Origin: Candidatus Saccharimonadales bacterium
Lineage (GTDB): Bacteria; Patescibacteriota; Saccharimonadia; Saccharimonadales; JBBQAJ01
Assembly: GCA_038316195.1 (NCBI GenBank)
Contig: JBBQAJ010000004.1
Coordinates: 5,199 to 69,198, forward strand
Reading direction: 5' to 3'
DNA length: 64,000 nucleotides
The position numbers were made by a program, and so were the translations under genes. This document shows positions 1-9,242 of the stretch, one piece after another (the first letter of the stretch is position 1; every line of letters begins with the position of its first letter). Under the pieces are notes generated by a model. That model was not told the origin of the DNA. It did not search any database and was given only the letters and a program-made list of their open reading frames with translations.

Positions 1-261
1 AAACTTCTTCCGGACGTAAAATACGCTTCAATAATAGACTCATCAAAAACTGGGAGTATCAAACCTGAACCTGAAATATATGCCGTGGCTCAAAAGCATA
101 CTGACTGTGAGCCCAGTGAAATTTTGTTAGTCGATGATTCAAGAGCTAATATTATGGCTGCAGAAAAGTTTGGGTGGCATGTTTTATGGTTCGATGATTA
201 TCGCCCTGAAGAGTCAGCTGCACGTGTTAAAGACGCATTAGAAGTTGATACGTCTCTATAG
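1..261 (+). CDS. HAD-superfamily hydrolase, C-terminal fragment (5' end outside window)
   Basis: Frame 1 is open from the window edge to TAG 259-261. Translation ...KTGSIKPEPEIYAVAQ...ILLVDDSRANIMAAEKFGW carries the HAD subfamily-IA conserved Lys and DD motifs. Confidence 0.6.
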   Translation, partial: KLLPDVKYASIIDSSKTGSIKPEPEIYAVAQKHTDCEPSEILLVDDSRANIMAAEKFGWHVLWFDDYRPEESAARVKDALEVDTSL

Positions 262-290
262 TTCGCCCAAAGCAAAAATATTATCTTAGA

Positions 291-2945
291 CTATTTTTTA
301 AATCGATCGTATTCTGTAATCTGCTTATCTAAAAGTTTTATTGCTTCACTAAGTTGATTTTTGGTTTCACTTACGAGATCCACGGGTGCATTATCTATAT
401 ATTCTTTGTTATTTAATCTGTTCTGTAAGTTTTTTATAGAAGTTTTTGTATTATTTAAATCTTCAAATAGCCGTTTTGTAAATGTTTCAATTGTTGTTTC
501 GCTCAAATCCAGACCGCAGTTGTGGTTTGTTTGAGTTAGTCGTAGACCCGCATTACCACTTGTTAGAGCTATTTCTGATACCCCTGACAGCTTTTTGATA
601 AGCATAGCGTGTTCAACCACAAATTCATCACCATTATGGATTAGACGAGGCTTAGAAGTCTTAGTGCTAGCACAGATGTAGCGAATTTCTGATACGATAA
701 CTTTTATTTCTTCGAACTCGTTTGCAAGTTCAGGATCTGAGTCACCTACACAAGGCCAGTTGCTGGTAATAAGCAGACTTACAGATGCAGCGTCATTAGT
801 TTCCCAATTTAAGGTCTGCCAAATTGTTTCAGTTACAAAAGGTGCAAAAGGATGAGCAAGTTTAAGTATTACTTCAAGACCGTGTGCTAATAAGCCGATA
901 TTTGTCTCCGTTTTACTTGCTTCAATGTACCAATCAGCAAAATCATCCCAAACGAAATGATAAATCTTGTCGTATGCTTCGCTGAATCTAAAATTATCCA
1001 AATCATCTGTCACAGTTTTTACAGTACGTTGTAAATTACTCAACAGCCAATGATCTGCTATTGTCTTGGGCTTTGGATCTAGTTTTTCTGCATGTTCGGT
1101 ACCTACTTTATCTTCTATAAATCTGGCAATGTTCCAAAGTTTGTTACTGAAATTTCTTCCAGCTTCAATACGTCCCCTACTCCAATTCATATCTTGACCA
1201 GGGGCTACTCCCATTATCAATCCCATGCGAAGTGCGTCAGTGCCGTATTGCTCAATAATTTCTAGTGGATTTACAATAGAAGCTGGTCGACTCTTGCTCA
1301 TTTTTTTGCCGTCTTCAGCCCTAACCATGCCGTGAAGATAGACTGTCTCAAACGGTATTTGCCCTGTTATATACGTTGTTGCCAATATCATTCTGGCAAT
1401 CCAGAAAAATATTATATCCCAGCCTGATTCCATAACAGTAGTAGGATGGTAAGTCTGAAAATCTACACTCTTTGCCAATAGATCTTCGAGACTTAATGAA
1501 TAATCTTTTGCCAAATCTTGGTCTATTAGTGTACTCCAGGTCCACAATGCAGAGCTAAACCATGTATCCAGAGTATCCGGGTCTTGCTCCCAGTTACTAT
1601 GACCTTTTTTGTTGTCGTTTTCGGGTGCTTGAGTGCCAACAAAAGTTTCTGTTTCGCCCTTAGCATTTGCCCGGTACCAAACTGGTATCCTATGGCCCCA
1701 CCAGATTTGTCGGCTTATACACCAGTCACGAAGATTGTCCACCCAGTTAAAATAAACTTTATCAAACCTTGAAGGTAAAATCTGTACGTCCCCTTCCCTG
1801 ATAACTGCCTGCATGACTTGTTTTAGACTTCTTTTTTTGCCTTTCCAATCAACCACTTTTTTGTTTACATCTACAAACCACTGTAACTTAATCTGGGGTT
1901 CTATTATTCCCTTCCCACGGTCGTTTACAGCAATGCTATGTGTATAGTTATCATCGATTTCAACCAAGAGGCCTTTAGATTTTAATTTTTCGACTATCTT
2001 CGGTCGTGCATCAGAAATATCCATACCTGCGAATTCTTCTGCAATCGGCAATAGTTTCCCGTGAAAATCTATTATTTGTTCTTTATCTAATTCATGACGT
2101 TCGGCAATTTCAAAATCTGTGTGATCGTGCCAAGGCGTTATTGTCATAACTCCTGTTCCAAATTTGGGGTCAACAGCACTATCTTTGATTACGGTGGCAG
2201 TTACTTTGCCGTTAATCCATTCGGCTTCAAAAGTATCACCCTGTTTGTATTTAGCGTAGCGCTTGTCGTCTGGGTGCATTACTACGTATTTATCACCAAA
2301 TTTGGTTTCTGGTCGGGCTGTGCTAATTTTAAATGGACCGTACTGAAATGTATAGAATTTAGCTTTTTCTTCTATTCTTACTACTTCGTCATCGGAAACT
2401 GTAGTCTCCAAAACGGGATCCCAGTTTACAATACGGTTACCTCTGTAAATTAGCTCATCCTTGTACATTTTGGTAAAAGTTTCGTTTACGCACCGATTGA
2501 GCGCATCGTCCAATGTGTATCTTTGTCTGGACCAGTCAGCGCTGAAACCCATTGCTCGCATCTGATTGACCATTGTGTCCCTACTATCACTCACAAATTC
2601 CTTAGTTCTATGCAGGAATTCTTCCCTGCCGATATCATGTTTGGTAGTTCCTGATTCTGCTAGTTTCTTTTCTATCAGGGCGTTTACAGGTAATGCTGCA
2701 TGATCAGTGCCAGGGAGCCAGAGTACGTCTTTTCCTTGAAGTCTCTGATAGCGAGCCATTATATCTTGCAATGTGTACATAGCATGGCCAAGGCTGAGAG
2801 TACCTGTTTCATTCGGTGGAGGCATGGATATACTGAATCTTTCGGCTTTTTTTTCAGGGTGTGCCTTAAATGCACCACTTTTTTCCCAGAGGTCATAAAT
2901 GTCTTTTTCGTATTTTTCTGGTTCGTAAACCTTTGGCAGCTGCAT
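291..2945 (-). CDS. valS: valyl-tRNA synthetase
   Basis: 884-aa ORF with a class-I HIGH-type region (PPPNETGTLSLGHA), a KMSKS motif and a C-terminal coiled coil typical of ValRS. Confidence 0.95.
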   Translation of the reverse strand: MQLPKVYEPEKYEKDIYDLWEKSGAFKAHPEKKAERFSISMPPPNETGTLSLGHAMYTLQDIMARYQRLQGKDVLWLPGTDHAALPVNALIEKKLAESGTTKHDIGREEFLHRTKEFVSDSRDTMVNQMRAMGFSADWSRQRYTLDDALNRCVNETFTKMYKDELIYRGNRIVNWDPVLETTVSDDEVVRIEEKAKFYTFQYGPFKISTARPETKFGDKYVVMHPDDKRYAKYKQGDTFEAEWINGKVTATVIKDSAVDPKFGTGVMTITPWHDHTDFEIAERHELDKEQIIDFHGKLLPIAEEFAGMDISDARPKIVEKLKSKGLLVEIDDNYTHSIAVNDRGKGIIEPQIKLQWFVDVNKKVVDWKGKKRSLKQVMQAVIREGDVQILPSRFDKVYFNWVDNLRDWCISRQIWWGHRIPVWYRANAKGETETFVGTQAPENDNKKGHSNWEQDPDTLDTWFSSALWTWSTLIDQDLAKDYSLSLEDLLAKSVDFQTYHPTTVMESGWDIIFFWIARMILATTYITGQIPFETVYLHGMVRAEDGKKMSKSRPASIVNPLEIIEQYGTDALRMGLIMGVAPGQDMNWSRGRIEAGRNFSNKLWNIARFIEDKVGTEHAEKLDPKPKTIADHWLLSNLQRTVKTVTDDLDNFRFSEAYDKIYHFVWDDFADWYIEASKTETNIGLLAHGLEVILKLAHPFAPFVTETIWQTLNWETNDAASVSLLITSNWPCVGDSDPELANEFEEIKVIVSEIRYICASTKTSKPRLIHNGDEFVVEHAMLIKKLSGVSEIALTSGNAGLRLTQTNHNCGLDLSETTIETFTKRLFEDLNNTKTSIKNLQNRLNNKEYIDNAPVDLVSETKNQLSEAIKLLDKQITEYDRFKK

Positions 2946-3103
2946 AATCTACATGATACCACCTCTGTTATTAATCAACAAACAGTGGTGAATTTCACGT
3001 GAAAGATGAGTAAAACAAAATTTAAAATTCATTGGCTGGTTGGAATATCTTGACTTGAATATAAATGTGCGTAACATCAGACTAGATTCTAACAAGGAAA
3101 ACA

Positions 3104-3718
3104 ATGGCGCTAGAAGATAAATTGCCAAAATTTGTCGGACGTAATTCCCAGGATGAACTTGGTGAACAGGTTGATATGATTAAAACAAACTTAAGTATTC
3201 TTACTAGTTTTGCAATTAGGCAACAGCGAATTGAAGCTACGACAATAGAGGAATATTACGAAGACTATGCTGGGTTTAGATACCAACGATTCCCTGGTAG
3301 AATTACTCAAGCTGTAGGTGGTACTATGACTGTGAAGTCTGGTTTTATGCTCGGGGCAAAACGTCTTCGAGCAGAAGGACAAGATGATTGGTTTGCTCAA
3401 ATATTTGTCCCAGATGACAGCATGCCCGTGGAAAGTGGTCCATTATTAAATCGTTATATCATGCACTTGTTACTTGTTAAAAATACAAATCCAATTCCAG
3501 AAAAAGTTATAACTGTTGACTGTTCGGACGGTATCGATTCAGAAGGTCCACGGATAGGCTTTTGGAACCCACATGGCTTAACTAACAATACGGTTTTCCT
3601 AGATAGTTTTGAAATTGCAGACAGTTACCCCATGCGTGTTGTTGAGCAGGTATCTGACCAGCTGAAAAGAGAAGCTGATGCACTTTTGGTCTTAGCTCTC
3701 GACGGCATCACTGCATAA
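3104..3718 (+). CDS. hypothetical protein (lineage-specific, cytoplasmic)
   Basis: 204-aa ORF with AAGGA-type SD 6-10 nt upstream of the ATG. No motif recognised. Confidence 0.55.
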   Translation: MALEDKLPKFVGRNSQDELGEQVDMIKTNLSILTSFAIRQQRIEATTIEEYYEDYAGFRYQRFPGRITQAVGGTMTVKSGFMLGAKRLRAEGQDDWFAQIFVPDDSMPVESGPLLNRYIMHLLLVKNTNPIPEKVITVDCSDGIDSEGPRIGFWNPHGLTNNTVFLDSFEIADSYPMRVVEQVSDQLKREADALLVLALDGITA

Positions 3719-3834
3719 AACAATTTAGTTTACTGATACAGAATATTGACGTAACTTGAAGTTTTATCACTTTTTTAGGAGAAGCATTTGGTAACAGGGG
3801 ATTTTTTGATGGACGCAGCACTCGTCTGTTACGA

Positions 3835-4914
3835 TCACATAGATAAATTTGGGGATATTTCTAATGAGTAGGGGTCTGACATTGGTCGGTTTTTTATGGC
3901 TTGGAAACACCCTAAAGCAGCAATCATAGCACCGTTGTCAGTACATAGTCTTGGGTCAGGATATTGAACAATATTTGGTAGTTTATCTGCTAATTGGAGT
4001 CGAAGTTCAGAGCTTGAGGCAACACCACCTCCTATAACAATACTTTTGGGATGAAATTCATTGAAAGCAAGCACTGTTTTATCTACCACTGTTTCTATTG
4101 CTGTTCGCTGGAAACTTGCAGCAATGTCAGCTTTTTGGGTATCATTTAGGTTCTCAGATAGCTTGTAACTAGGGAAATCGTGTGTTTCGCCAATTAGTTT
4201 TTGAGCTGTCCTTAAAACGGCAGTTTTAGGACCCGAAAAACTATAGTCATATTTGCCAGGCATTTTGGCTTTGGGGAATATGTATGCATTGGGATTTCCT
4301 TTTTCGGCTGCTTTAGCGATACTTGGGCCACCAGGGTAGGGAAGACCCAAAATTTTGGCGACTTTGTCGAAAGCTTCTCCAATTGCGTCATCTTGAGTTT
4401 GGCCAAGCAATGTATAGTCAAAATGGTCACGCCACAGCACTAATTGAGAGTGTCCTCCAGAGACTATTAACCCAAGCATTGGAAAGTTTGGGTCTGAATA
4501 GGGGAGTTTATAACTGTCAGCTATCAATAACGAATTATCAGCTATTTGCGTTAAAAAATTTGCATAAGCATGCGCTTCGACATGATTTACAGCATAAAGA
4601 GGCTTGTTTTTAGTAATCGCCAAGGTTCGAGCTGTCATGACTCCCACCAATAAACAACCTCCCAGTCCGGCACCATATGTAACTGCAATTCCATCTATAT
4701 CATCCCACGTGCAGTTAGCTTGTTCGAACGCTTGCTCAATGACGGGTATGATTGATTCAATGTGACTTCTGGCGGCAATTTCAGGAACAACACCACCATA
4801 AACAGCATGCAAGTCCATACTTGAAAGTACGGCGTTTGCCAACAATATGCTACCATCTTGTACAATTCCACAAGCAGTTTCGTCACAACTGGTCTCAATT
4901 CCAAGTATTTTCAT
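3835..4914 (-). CDS. tsaD: tRNA N6-adenosine threonylcarbamoyltransferase
   Basis: N-terminus MKILGIETSCDETA, metal motif HVEAH and GGVASS near the C-terminus. 359 aa. Confidence 0.93.
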   Translation of the reverse strand: MKILGIETSCDETACGIVQDGSILLANAVLSSMDLHAVYGGVVPEIAARSHIESIIPVIEQAFEQANCTWDDIDGIAVTYGAGLGGCLLVGVMTARTLAITKNKPLYAVNHVEAHAYANFLTQIADNSLLIADSYKLPYSDPNFPMLGLIVSGGHSQLVLWRDHFDYTLLGQTQDDAIGEAFDKVAKILGLPYPGGPSIAKAAEKGNPNAYIFPKAKMPGKYDYSFSGPKTAVLRTAQKLIGETHDFPSYKLSENLNDTQKADIAASFQRTAIETVVDKTVLAFNEFHPKSIVIGGGVASSSELRLQLADKLPNIVQYPDPRLCTDNGAMIAALGCFQAIKNRPMSDPYSLEISPNLSM

Positions 4915-5163
4915 CAGTTACAGTATACTTCAGCCTGTGAAAATACATTTAATAAGCAGTTGCAGGCAACATGAAATGCAACTAGATTTTTCAATTAAAT
5001 CTTAATGTTATCGTTTATGGCAAAAATTCATAAGTAGTGAGCAAAATGTTCTTGCACATGCATCAGATGCTCAATTAATTATAGGATGGTGTCTTTCGCT
5101 TAACTTCAGAGTATCTGAGTAGCTGATTTATGATTAATTTTCAAACGGGTCAAGTTAGAGTAA

Positions 5164-5192
5164 TTGACATAAAGTCAAGTGTCTGCTATAAT
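5164..5192 (+). promoter_or_regulatory. sigma-70-type promoter TTGACA-N17-TATAAT
   Basis: TTGACA 5164-5169 and TATAAT 5187-5192 with a 17-nt spacer, upstream of the 5246 ORF. Confidence 0.55.
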
Positions 5193-5245
5193 TTGTTTAT
5201 TGGTAAAAAGCAGTAAAAACAAAAAAAGTGCAAAGGAAAAATAAT

Positions 5246-6652
5246 ATGACAAGCATCGCAGAGTTAACACCATCAACAGATATTTCAACTTCTAGTCACT
5301 CAGATGCCATTCAAAGTGGCGTTGAATTTAGGGATCCTTCATTCCAAATGGGTGGTGATCCCAAACTTACAAATGGTCATTTATACGGTGAGCAGTCAGC
5401 TGTAGAAGACGTTTTCATGCCCCCAAACGAAGCTCCGATAATTCCTTCAGAAAGCGCAACCTTCAACGTTAGCGAAAATTTTGTCGACAAAGCTTCAGTT
5501 GTAGAAACTAATCATAAAATAAATTCAATTGAAAGCGACAAAATTTTAGCTAAAGTTTCAGGTAATGAAGATAAGTCTGCTAGTACTGCATCTAATATTG
5601 CAAATCAATCGTCAGTTTTTAAACGTTTATACAGAGATACTTATGGCAAAGAATTCGAGCCTGAAACTAACGACGAGTCATACGAAAGACTTGTTGCAAC
5701 ACAAGAAATTATCGACACTGCACCAGAACGTCTAGCAGAACACGAAAATGGACAAGAGGAAATTGCTCGCGAAGCAAGACAATCCGAAGCAAGACAATAC
5801 AAAGAAAACATAGCAAATCATGCTAAAAAAATAAAACAAATTGAAGATGCTAAAAATTCAATAAGAAAAGAAAAAATATTAGGATACACTTCTAAAGAAC
5901 GCGAAAATGGCACCTTAGACCAGGCAGTTGAAGATGAGCTAGAAACTAGGGGTTATGATCTTAGTATAATTAAAGGATCTTCAGTAGACCTTGAAGACAT
6001 TCACGCAGAAACAAGCGCTAGACGAGCAAATCAGGAAAAGCTTAATCGAACTCATAGCGAGGCAGTAATTGTGGCTAACAAAGCAATGCTAGAGGGAGCT
6101 ACTTCTAGAGTCGAAAAATTAGCAAAACCTATAGTCGAAGAAGAAGCTGCTGTCGAAGTCCAAGAAGCTCAAGCGTTAAAAGTAGACGTAGGTTCCAGAA
6201 TAAAACAAACTGAAACGACTTGGTTGCCAATAAAACTTCCAACGATAGGAAGTGACCCATCACTTATTATCCCTTCTGTCGATAAAAGAGAGCTTTTAGA
6301 AGACGACCAAATTGGTAATGCGATGAGAGCTCATATTAAGGATCAGATTAGAGAAATAAATAATAAAGATATCGCTGAATACTTATCTAATCTTGAGCCT
6401 GTGAATGATGATTTATTGCCAACTAGAACTACAAGATGGGCTAGAGTTAAAAATTGGGCAAGTGGAAAATTAAAAAATTCGAAAGATACGATTCTTTCGC
6501 CTAAAAATAATGAAATACGTGTCGCTTTTAGAGAAGCTCCGGATATTGGTAATGAATTTGGCGCATTAGGAGCGCTTGCATCGAGCTTTTTGATTTACCC
6601 AGATTCATACAGTGATGTAGCTAACGATAGATTTTTAGCACGAGATTCCTAA
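5246..6652 (+). CDS. hypothetical acidic coiled-coil protein
   Basis: ORF track starts at GTG 5228. I prefer the in-frame ATG 5246, which has AAGGA at 5233-5237. The central region is E/K/A-rich. No known motif recognised. Confidence 0.55.
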   Translation: MTSIAELTPSTDISTSSHSDAIQSGVEFRDPSFQMGGDPKLTNGHLYGEQSAVEDVFMPPNEAPIIPSESATFNVSENFVDKASVVETNHKINSIESDKILAKVSGNEDKSASTASNIANQSSVFKRLYRDTYGKEFEPETNDESYERLVATQEIIDTAPERLAEHENGQEEIAREARQSEARQYKENIANHAKKIKQIEDAKNSIRKEKILGYTSKERENGTLDQAVEDELETRGYDLSIIKGSSVDLEDIHAETSARRANQEKLNRTHSEAVIVANKAMLEGATSRVEKLAKPIVEEEAAVEVQEAQALKVDVGSRIKQTETTWLPIKLPTIGSDPSLIIPSVDKRELLEDDQIGNAMRAHIKDQIREINNKDIAEYLSNLEPVNDDLLPTRTTRWARVKNWASGKLKNSKDTILSPKNNEIRVAFREAPDIGNEFGALGALASSFLIYPDSYSDVANDRFLARDS

Positions 6653-6724
6653 ATCAATTTTGTTTGAAAAAAATTATTCATATTTTCAAAGTTTACTTAG
6701 TTGAAAAATTGTATACTTATTAAT

Positions 6725-8008
6725 ATGAACCCCAAGAAATTGATACGAAAAGTGTTGCCTGAAAAAAGCATATTGCTGGCCGAAGAGGGGTACCGTAAAG
6801 GTAGGATATATAGTTTGCAGGCTAGGTATGGCTTTCCATCCAAAGGAATGAGAGTTATTGCCGTTACTGGGACTAATGGTAAAACAACAACCTGCTGTTT
6901 TATTAATGAAATGCTTAAAGCTGCAGGGTATAAAACTGCGATGTACACCACGGCAATAATAGAGATTAACGGAAAATCAAAAGCGAATAAAACACATCTA
7001 ACTTTGCCGCCAACCGAAAAGCTTTTAAGATTTTTACGTGATGCAAAAAATTCAAAAATTGATTTTCTAGTTCTAGAAGCTCCTAGCCAGGCACTTCAAC
7101 AGCACAAAATGCTTGGTATTCCAGTAGAATTTGCAGTTCTGACTAACCTAACTCAAGATCATTTGGATTATCACAGAACTATGGAAAGCTACGCCGCAGC
7201 CAAAGCAAGGCTTTTCAACAATTATATGAAGCCATCTTTTTGTATATTAAATGCAGATGACGAAAGATATGACTACTTTATGATTCAGTCAGTCGGGCAG
7301 GTGGTAAGTTATGGACAAAATGCAGATAGTACTGAACGAATCTCCAGAGTAAATACAATAAAAAATGGTATGAGTTGGACGCTACTAAATGGCGAGCATC
7401 CATTAGATTTACGGATAAGCTTGCCGGGGCTATTTAATGTATATAACGCAAGCTCAGCAGCGGCAATTGGTCTAATGCTAGGGATTCCCGAAAAAACTAT
7501 TATTAAAGGACTTGCAGATCTAAAAGTAGTTCCAGGTAGGATGGAAGATATTGATTCTGGACAGTCATTCAAAGTGTGGGTGGATTTTGCAGTTACTCCC
7601 GATGCGCTAGCAAAAGTGCTGGAGGCTGGCAGAAACTCTGTGACCGGAAATGTAAGTGTAGTTTTTGGGGCGACAGGCGACAGAGATAAAGGCAAAAGAC
7701 CTATAATGGGTGAAGTAGCTGTAAAATATGCCGATAGAATATACTTAACGGATGATGAAACATACAAAGAAAACCCTGAATTAATTCGGAATGCTGTTTT
7801 TGAAGGCATAAAACGGGCTAGAGGTGAGACTAAGACAAAAGTCATATCAGACCGAAAGCAAGCCATAAAAACGGCATTTTCAGATGCCAAAAAAGATGAC
7901 ATAGTAATATTGGCCGGAATTGGACACCAAGATAGTCGCAATATGGCTGGAAAAAACATCCCATGGGACGAAAGAAAAATAGCTAAGAATCTGCTTACTA
8001 ACAGATAG
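6725..8008 (+). CDS. Mur ligase family protein (MurE-like)
   Basis: P-loop VIAVTGTNGKTTT, DHLDYH motif and a C-terminal Mur-ligase domain. The canonical MurE DNPR motif reads DDET here. ATG 6725 is preferred over TTG 6701 because TATACT lies 7 nt upstream. Confidence 0.75.
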   Translation: MNPKKLIRKVLPEKSILLAEEGYRKGRIYSLQARYGFPSKGMRVIAVTGTNGKTTTCCFINEMLKAAGYKTAMYTTAIIEINGKSKANKTHLTLPPTEKLLRFLRDAKNSKIDFLVLEAPSQALQQHKMLGIPVEFAVLTNLTQDHLDYHRTMESYAAAKARLFNNYMKPSFCILNADDERYDYFMIQSVGQVVSYGQNADSTERISRVNTIKNGMSWTLLNGEHPLDLRISLPGLFNVYNASSAAAIGLMLGIPEKTIIKGLADLKVVPGRMEDIDSGQSFKVWVDFAVTPDALAKVLEAGRNSVTGNVSVVFGATGDRDKGKRPIMGEVAVKYADRIYLTDDETYKENPELIRNAVFEGIKRARGETKTKVISDRKQAIKTAFSDAKKDDIVILAGIGHQDSRNMAGKNIPWDERKIAKNLLTNR

Positions 8009-8038
8009 TTGACAGATAAACCATAAGCGTGGTATAAT
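8009..8038 (+). promoter_or_regulatory. promoter TTGACA-N18-TATAAT, 6 nt before ATG 8045 (leaderless)
   Basis: TTGACA 8009-8014 and TATAAT 8033-8038. The ATG is at 8045. Confidence 0.55.
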
Positions 8039-8044
8039 ATATTT

Positions 8045-8857
8045 ATGAGCAAATCCAAACCACAGTCAATTGGTCTGCCTTTCAGGACTGAAATTGGGCC
8101 TACATTAGGAAGAGGTCAGGATAATGCTGTTTTCGATATGGTTTTTCATGCAGAAAAAGCACACCGTAGACCCTCATCTGGGAAAGTGCTAAAAGTAAAC
8201 CATGCCTCTGCTGGAGAGCATCGCGTTCGATATGCAGACGACAGGCAGGCTGCTATGGCGGGTTTACTGTACAAAAAGAATAAATATGAAATTTTGAAAA
8301 GATTTTTGGGCGATTTTGTTCCCACATCGTCATTCGTATTAAGTCAAGTAACGGAGGGTAGAAATACACGTTACGCCGAATTGACGGTTCAAGAAAAAGT
8401 CCCAAGATTATCATTATCTGATCTTACGCCCGAACAAGCACAGAGTCCGATACTAAGACAGCAAGTAATTGAATTAATGGCACGATTACGAAATATGTAT
8501 CAGGTAATAGGTGAAGCAAATGCAAGAACTTCGAGTGGAATTTCTTTAGATGGAAAATTAGATCTAGGTGGTGTATCTGATTATGTTCGTGCAGAATCAT
8601 TTGACCATGAATTTGATGAATCTGACGCTGAATCAATCATTAATTCTAATAAATCTCCAAACTTATTGGTAAATCCTGAAGATATGTCACTTTATTGTAT
8701 CGATTTTGACCAAGGTCAATGGAAGCCCGGTATGGATGAGGCAAAAAATTTAGTTTTTGATATAGCAAATAGGCAAAATTCTACCGCGAGAATAGTCGGA
8801 AATGCAGCGCTTCAAGGTCACGATGACCCACAACTCCCTTTTAGTTCTGGTGTGTGA
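8045..8857 (+). CDS. hypothetical protein, possible atypical protein-kinase-like fold
   Basis: Gly-rich loop LGRGQDNAVF, then GKVLKV, and late NLLVNPEDMSLYCIDFDQG resembling RIO/Kdo-type catalytic and metal-binding segments. Weak, motif-spacing evidence only. Confidence 0.5.
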   Translation: MSKSKPQSIGLPFRTEIGPTLGRGQDNAVFDMVFHAEKAHRRPSSGKVLKVNHASAGEHRVRYADDRQAAMAGLLYKKNKYEILKRFLGDFVPTSSFVLSQVTEGRNTRYAELTVQEKVPRLSLSDLTPEQAQSPILRQQVIELMARLRNMYQVIGEANARTSSGISLDGKLDLGGVSDYVRAESFDHEFDESDAESIINSNKSPNLLVNPEDMSLYCIDFDQGQWKPGMDEAKNLVFDIANRQNSTARIVGNAALQGHDDPQLPFSSGV

Positions 8858-8863
8858 CCAGCC

Positions 8864-8893
8864 TTGACAGTGTGGTTGGCAGTCAAGTATAGT
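8864..8893 (+). promoter_or_regulatory. groESL promoter TTGACA-N18-TATAGT
   Basis: TTGACA 8864-8869 and TATAGT 8888-8893. Confidence 0.6.
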
Positions 8894-8902
8894 GAGTGCT
8901 AA
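8876..8902 (+). promoter_or_regulatory. CIRCE-like operator (HrcA binding site)
   Basis: TTGGCAGTC-N9-GAGTGCTAA versus the consensus TTAGCACTC-N9-GAGTGCTAA. The right arm is perfect and the left arm has 2 mismatches. It overlaps the -10 box upstream of groES. Confidence 0.7.
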
Positions 8903-8961
8903 CAGCAGGTGTTGTTTGCGAGGATACATCTGCTCTTTATAACTAACGTGGAGGAGTTTAA

Positions 8962-9228
8962 ATGAGTGTACCTATTCAACCGTTGGCAGACTATGTCGTT
9001 GCTCAGCAAGAAGAGGCAGAAACCAAAACAGCTAGTGGATTATACATACCTGGTGGGGCGCAGGAGAAGCCAAAAGTAGCCAAAGTTCTGGCAGTTGGCA
9101 AAGAAGTTAAAGACCTTAAAGTTGGTGACCGGATAATTTATGGTGGCTACAGTACCGAGACTGTCAAACACGGTGGGCATGATTACTTACTTATTAAATT
9201 AGAAAACATTTACGCAACTGTTAAATAA
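8962..9228 (+). CDS. groES: co-chaperonin GroES
   Basis: 88 aa. PLADYVVAQ...TASGLYIP...GKVLAVG pattern, with GGAGG SD upstream. Confidence 0.95.
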   Translation: MSVPIQPLADYVVAQQEEAETKTASGLYIPGGAQEKPKVAKVLAVGKEVKDLKVGDRIIYGGYSTETVKHGGHDYLLIKLENIYATVK

Positions 9229-9242
9229 AGGAGATATTACTG

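Noticed and set aside
2946-3103. T-box leader or SD-sequestering hairpin for valS (and likewise a T-box for argS at 17639-17671).
   Set aside because: The upstream spaces (158 bp shared divergently, and 33 bp) are too short for a T-box, and no T-box-like conserved sequence is visible. The valS hairpin lies upstream of the putative -10 box, so it would not be in the mRNA.
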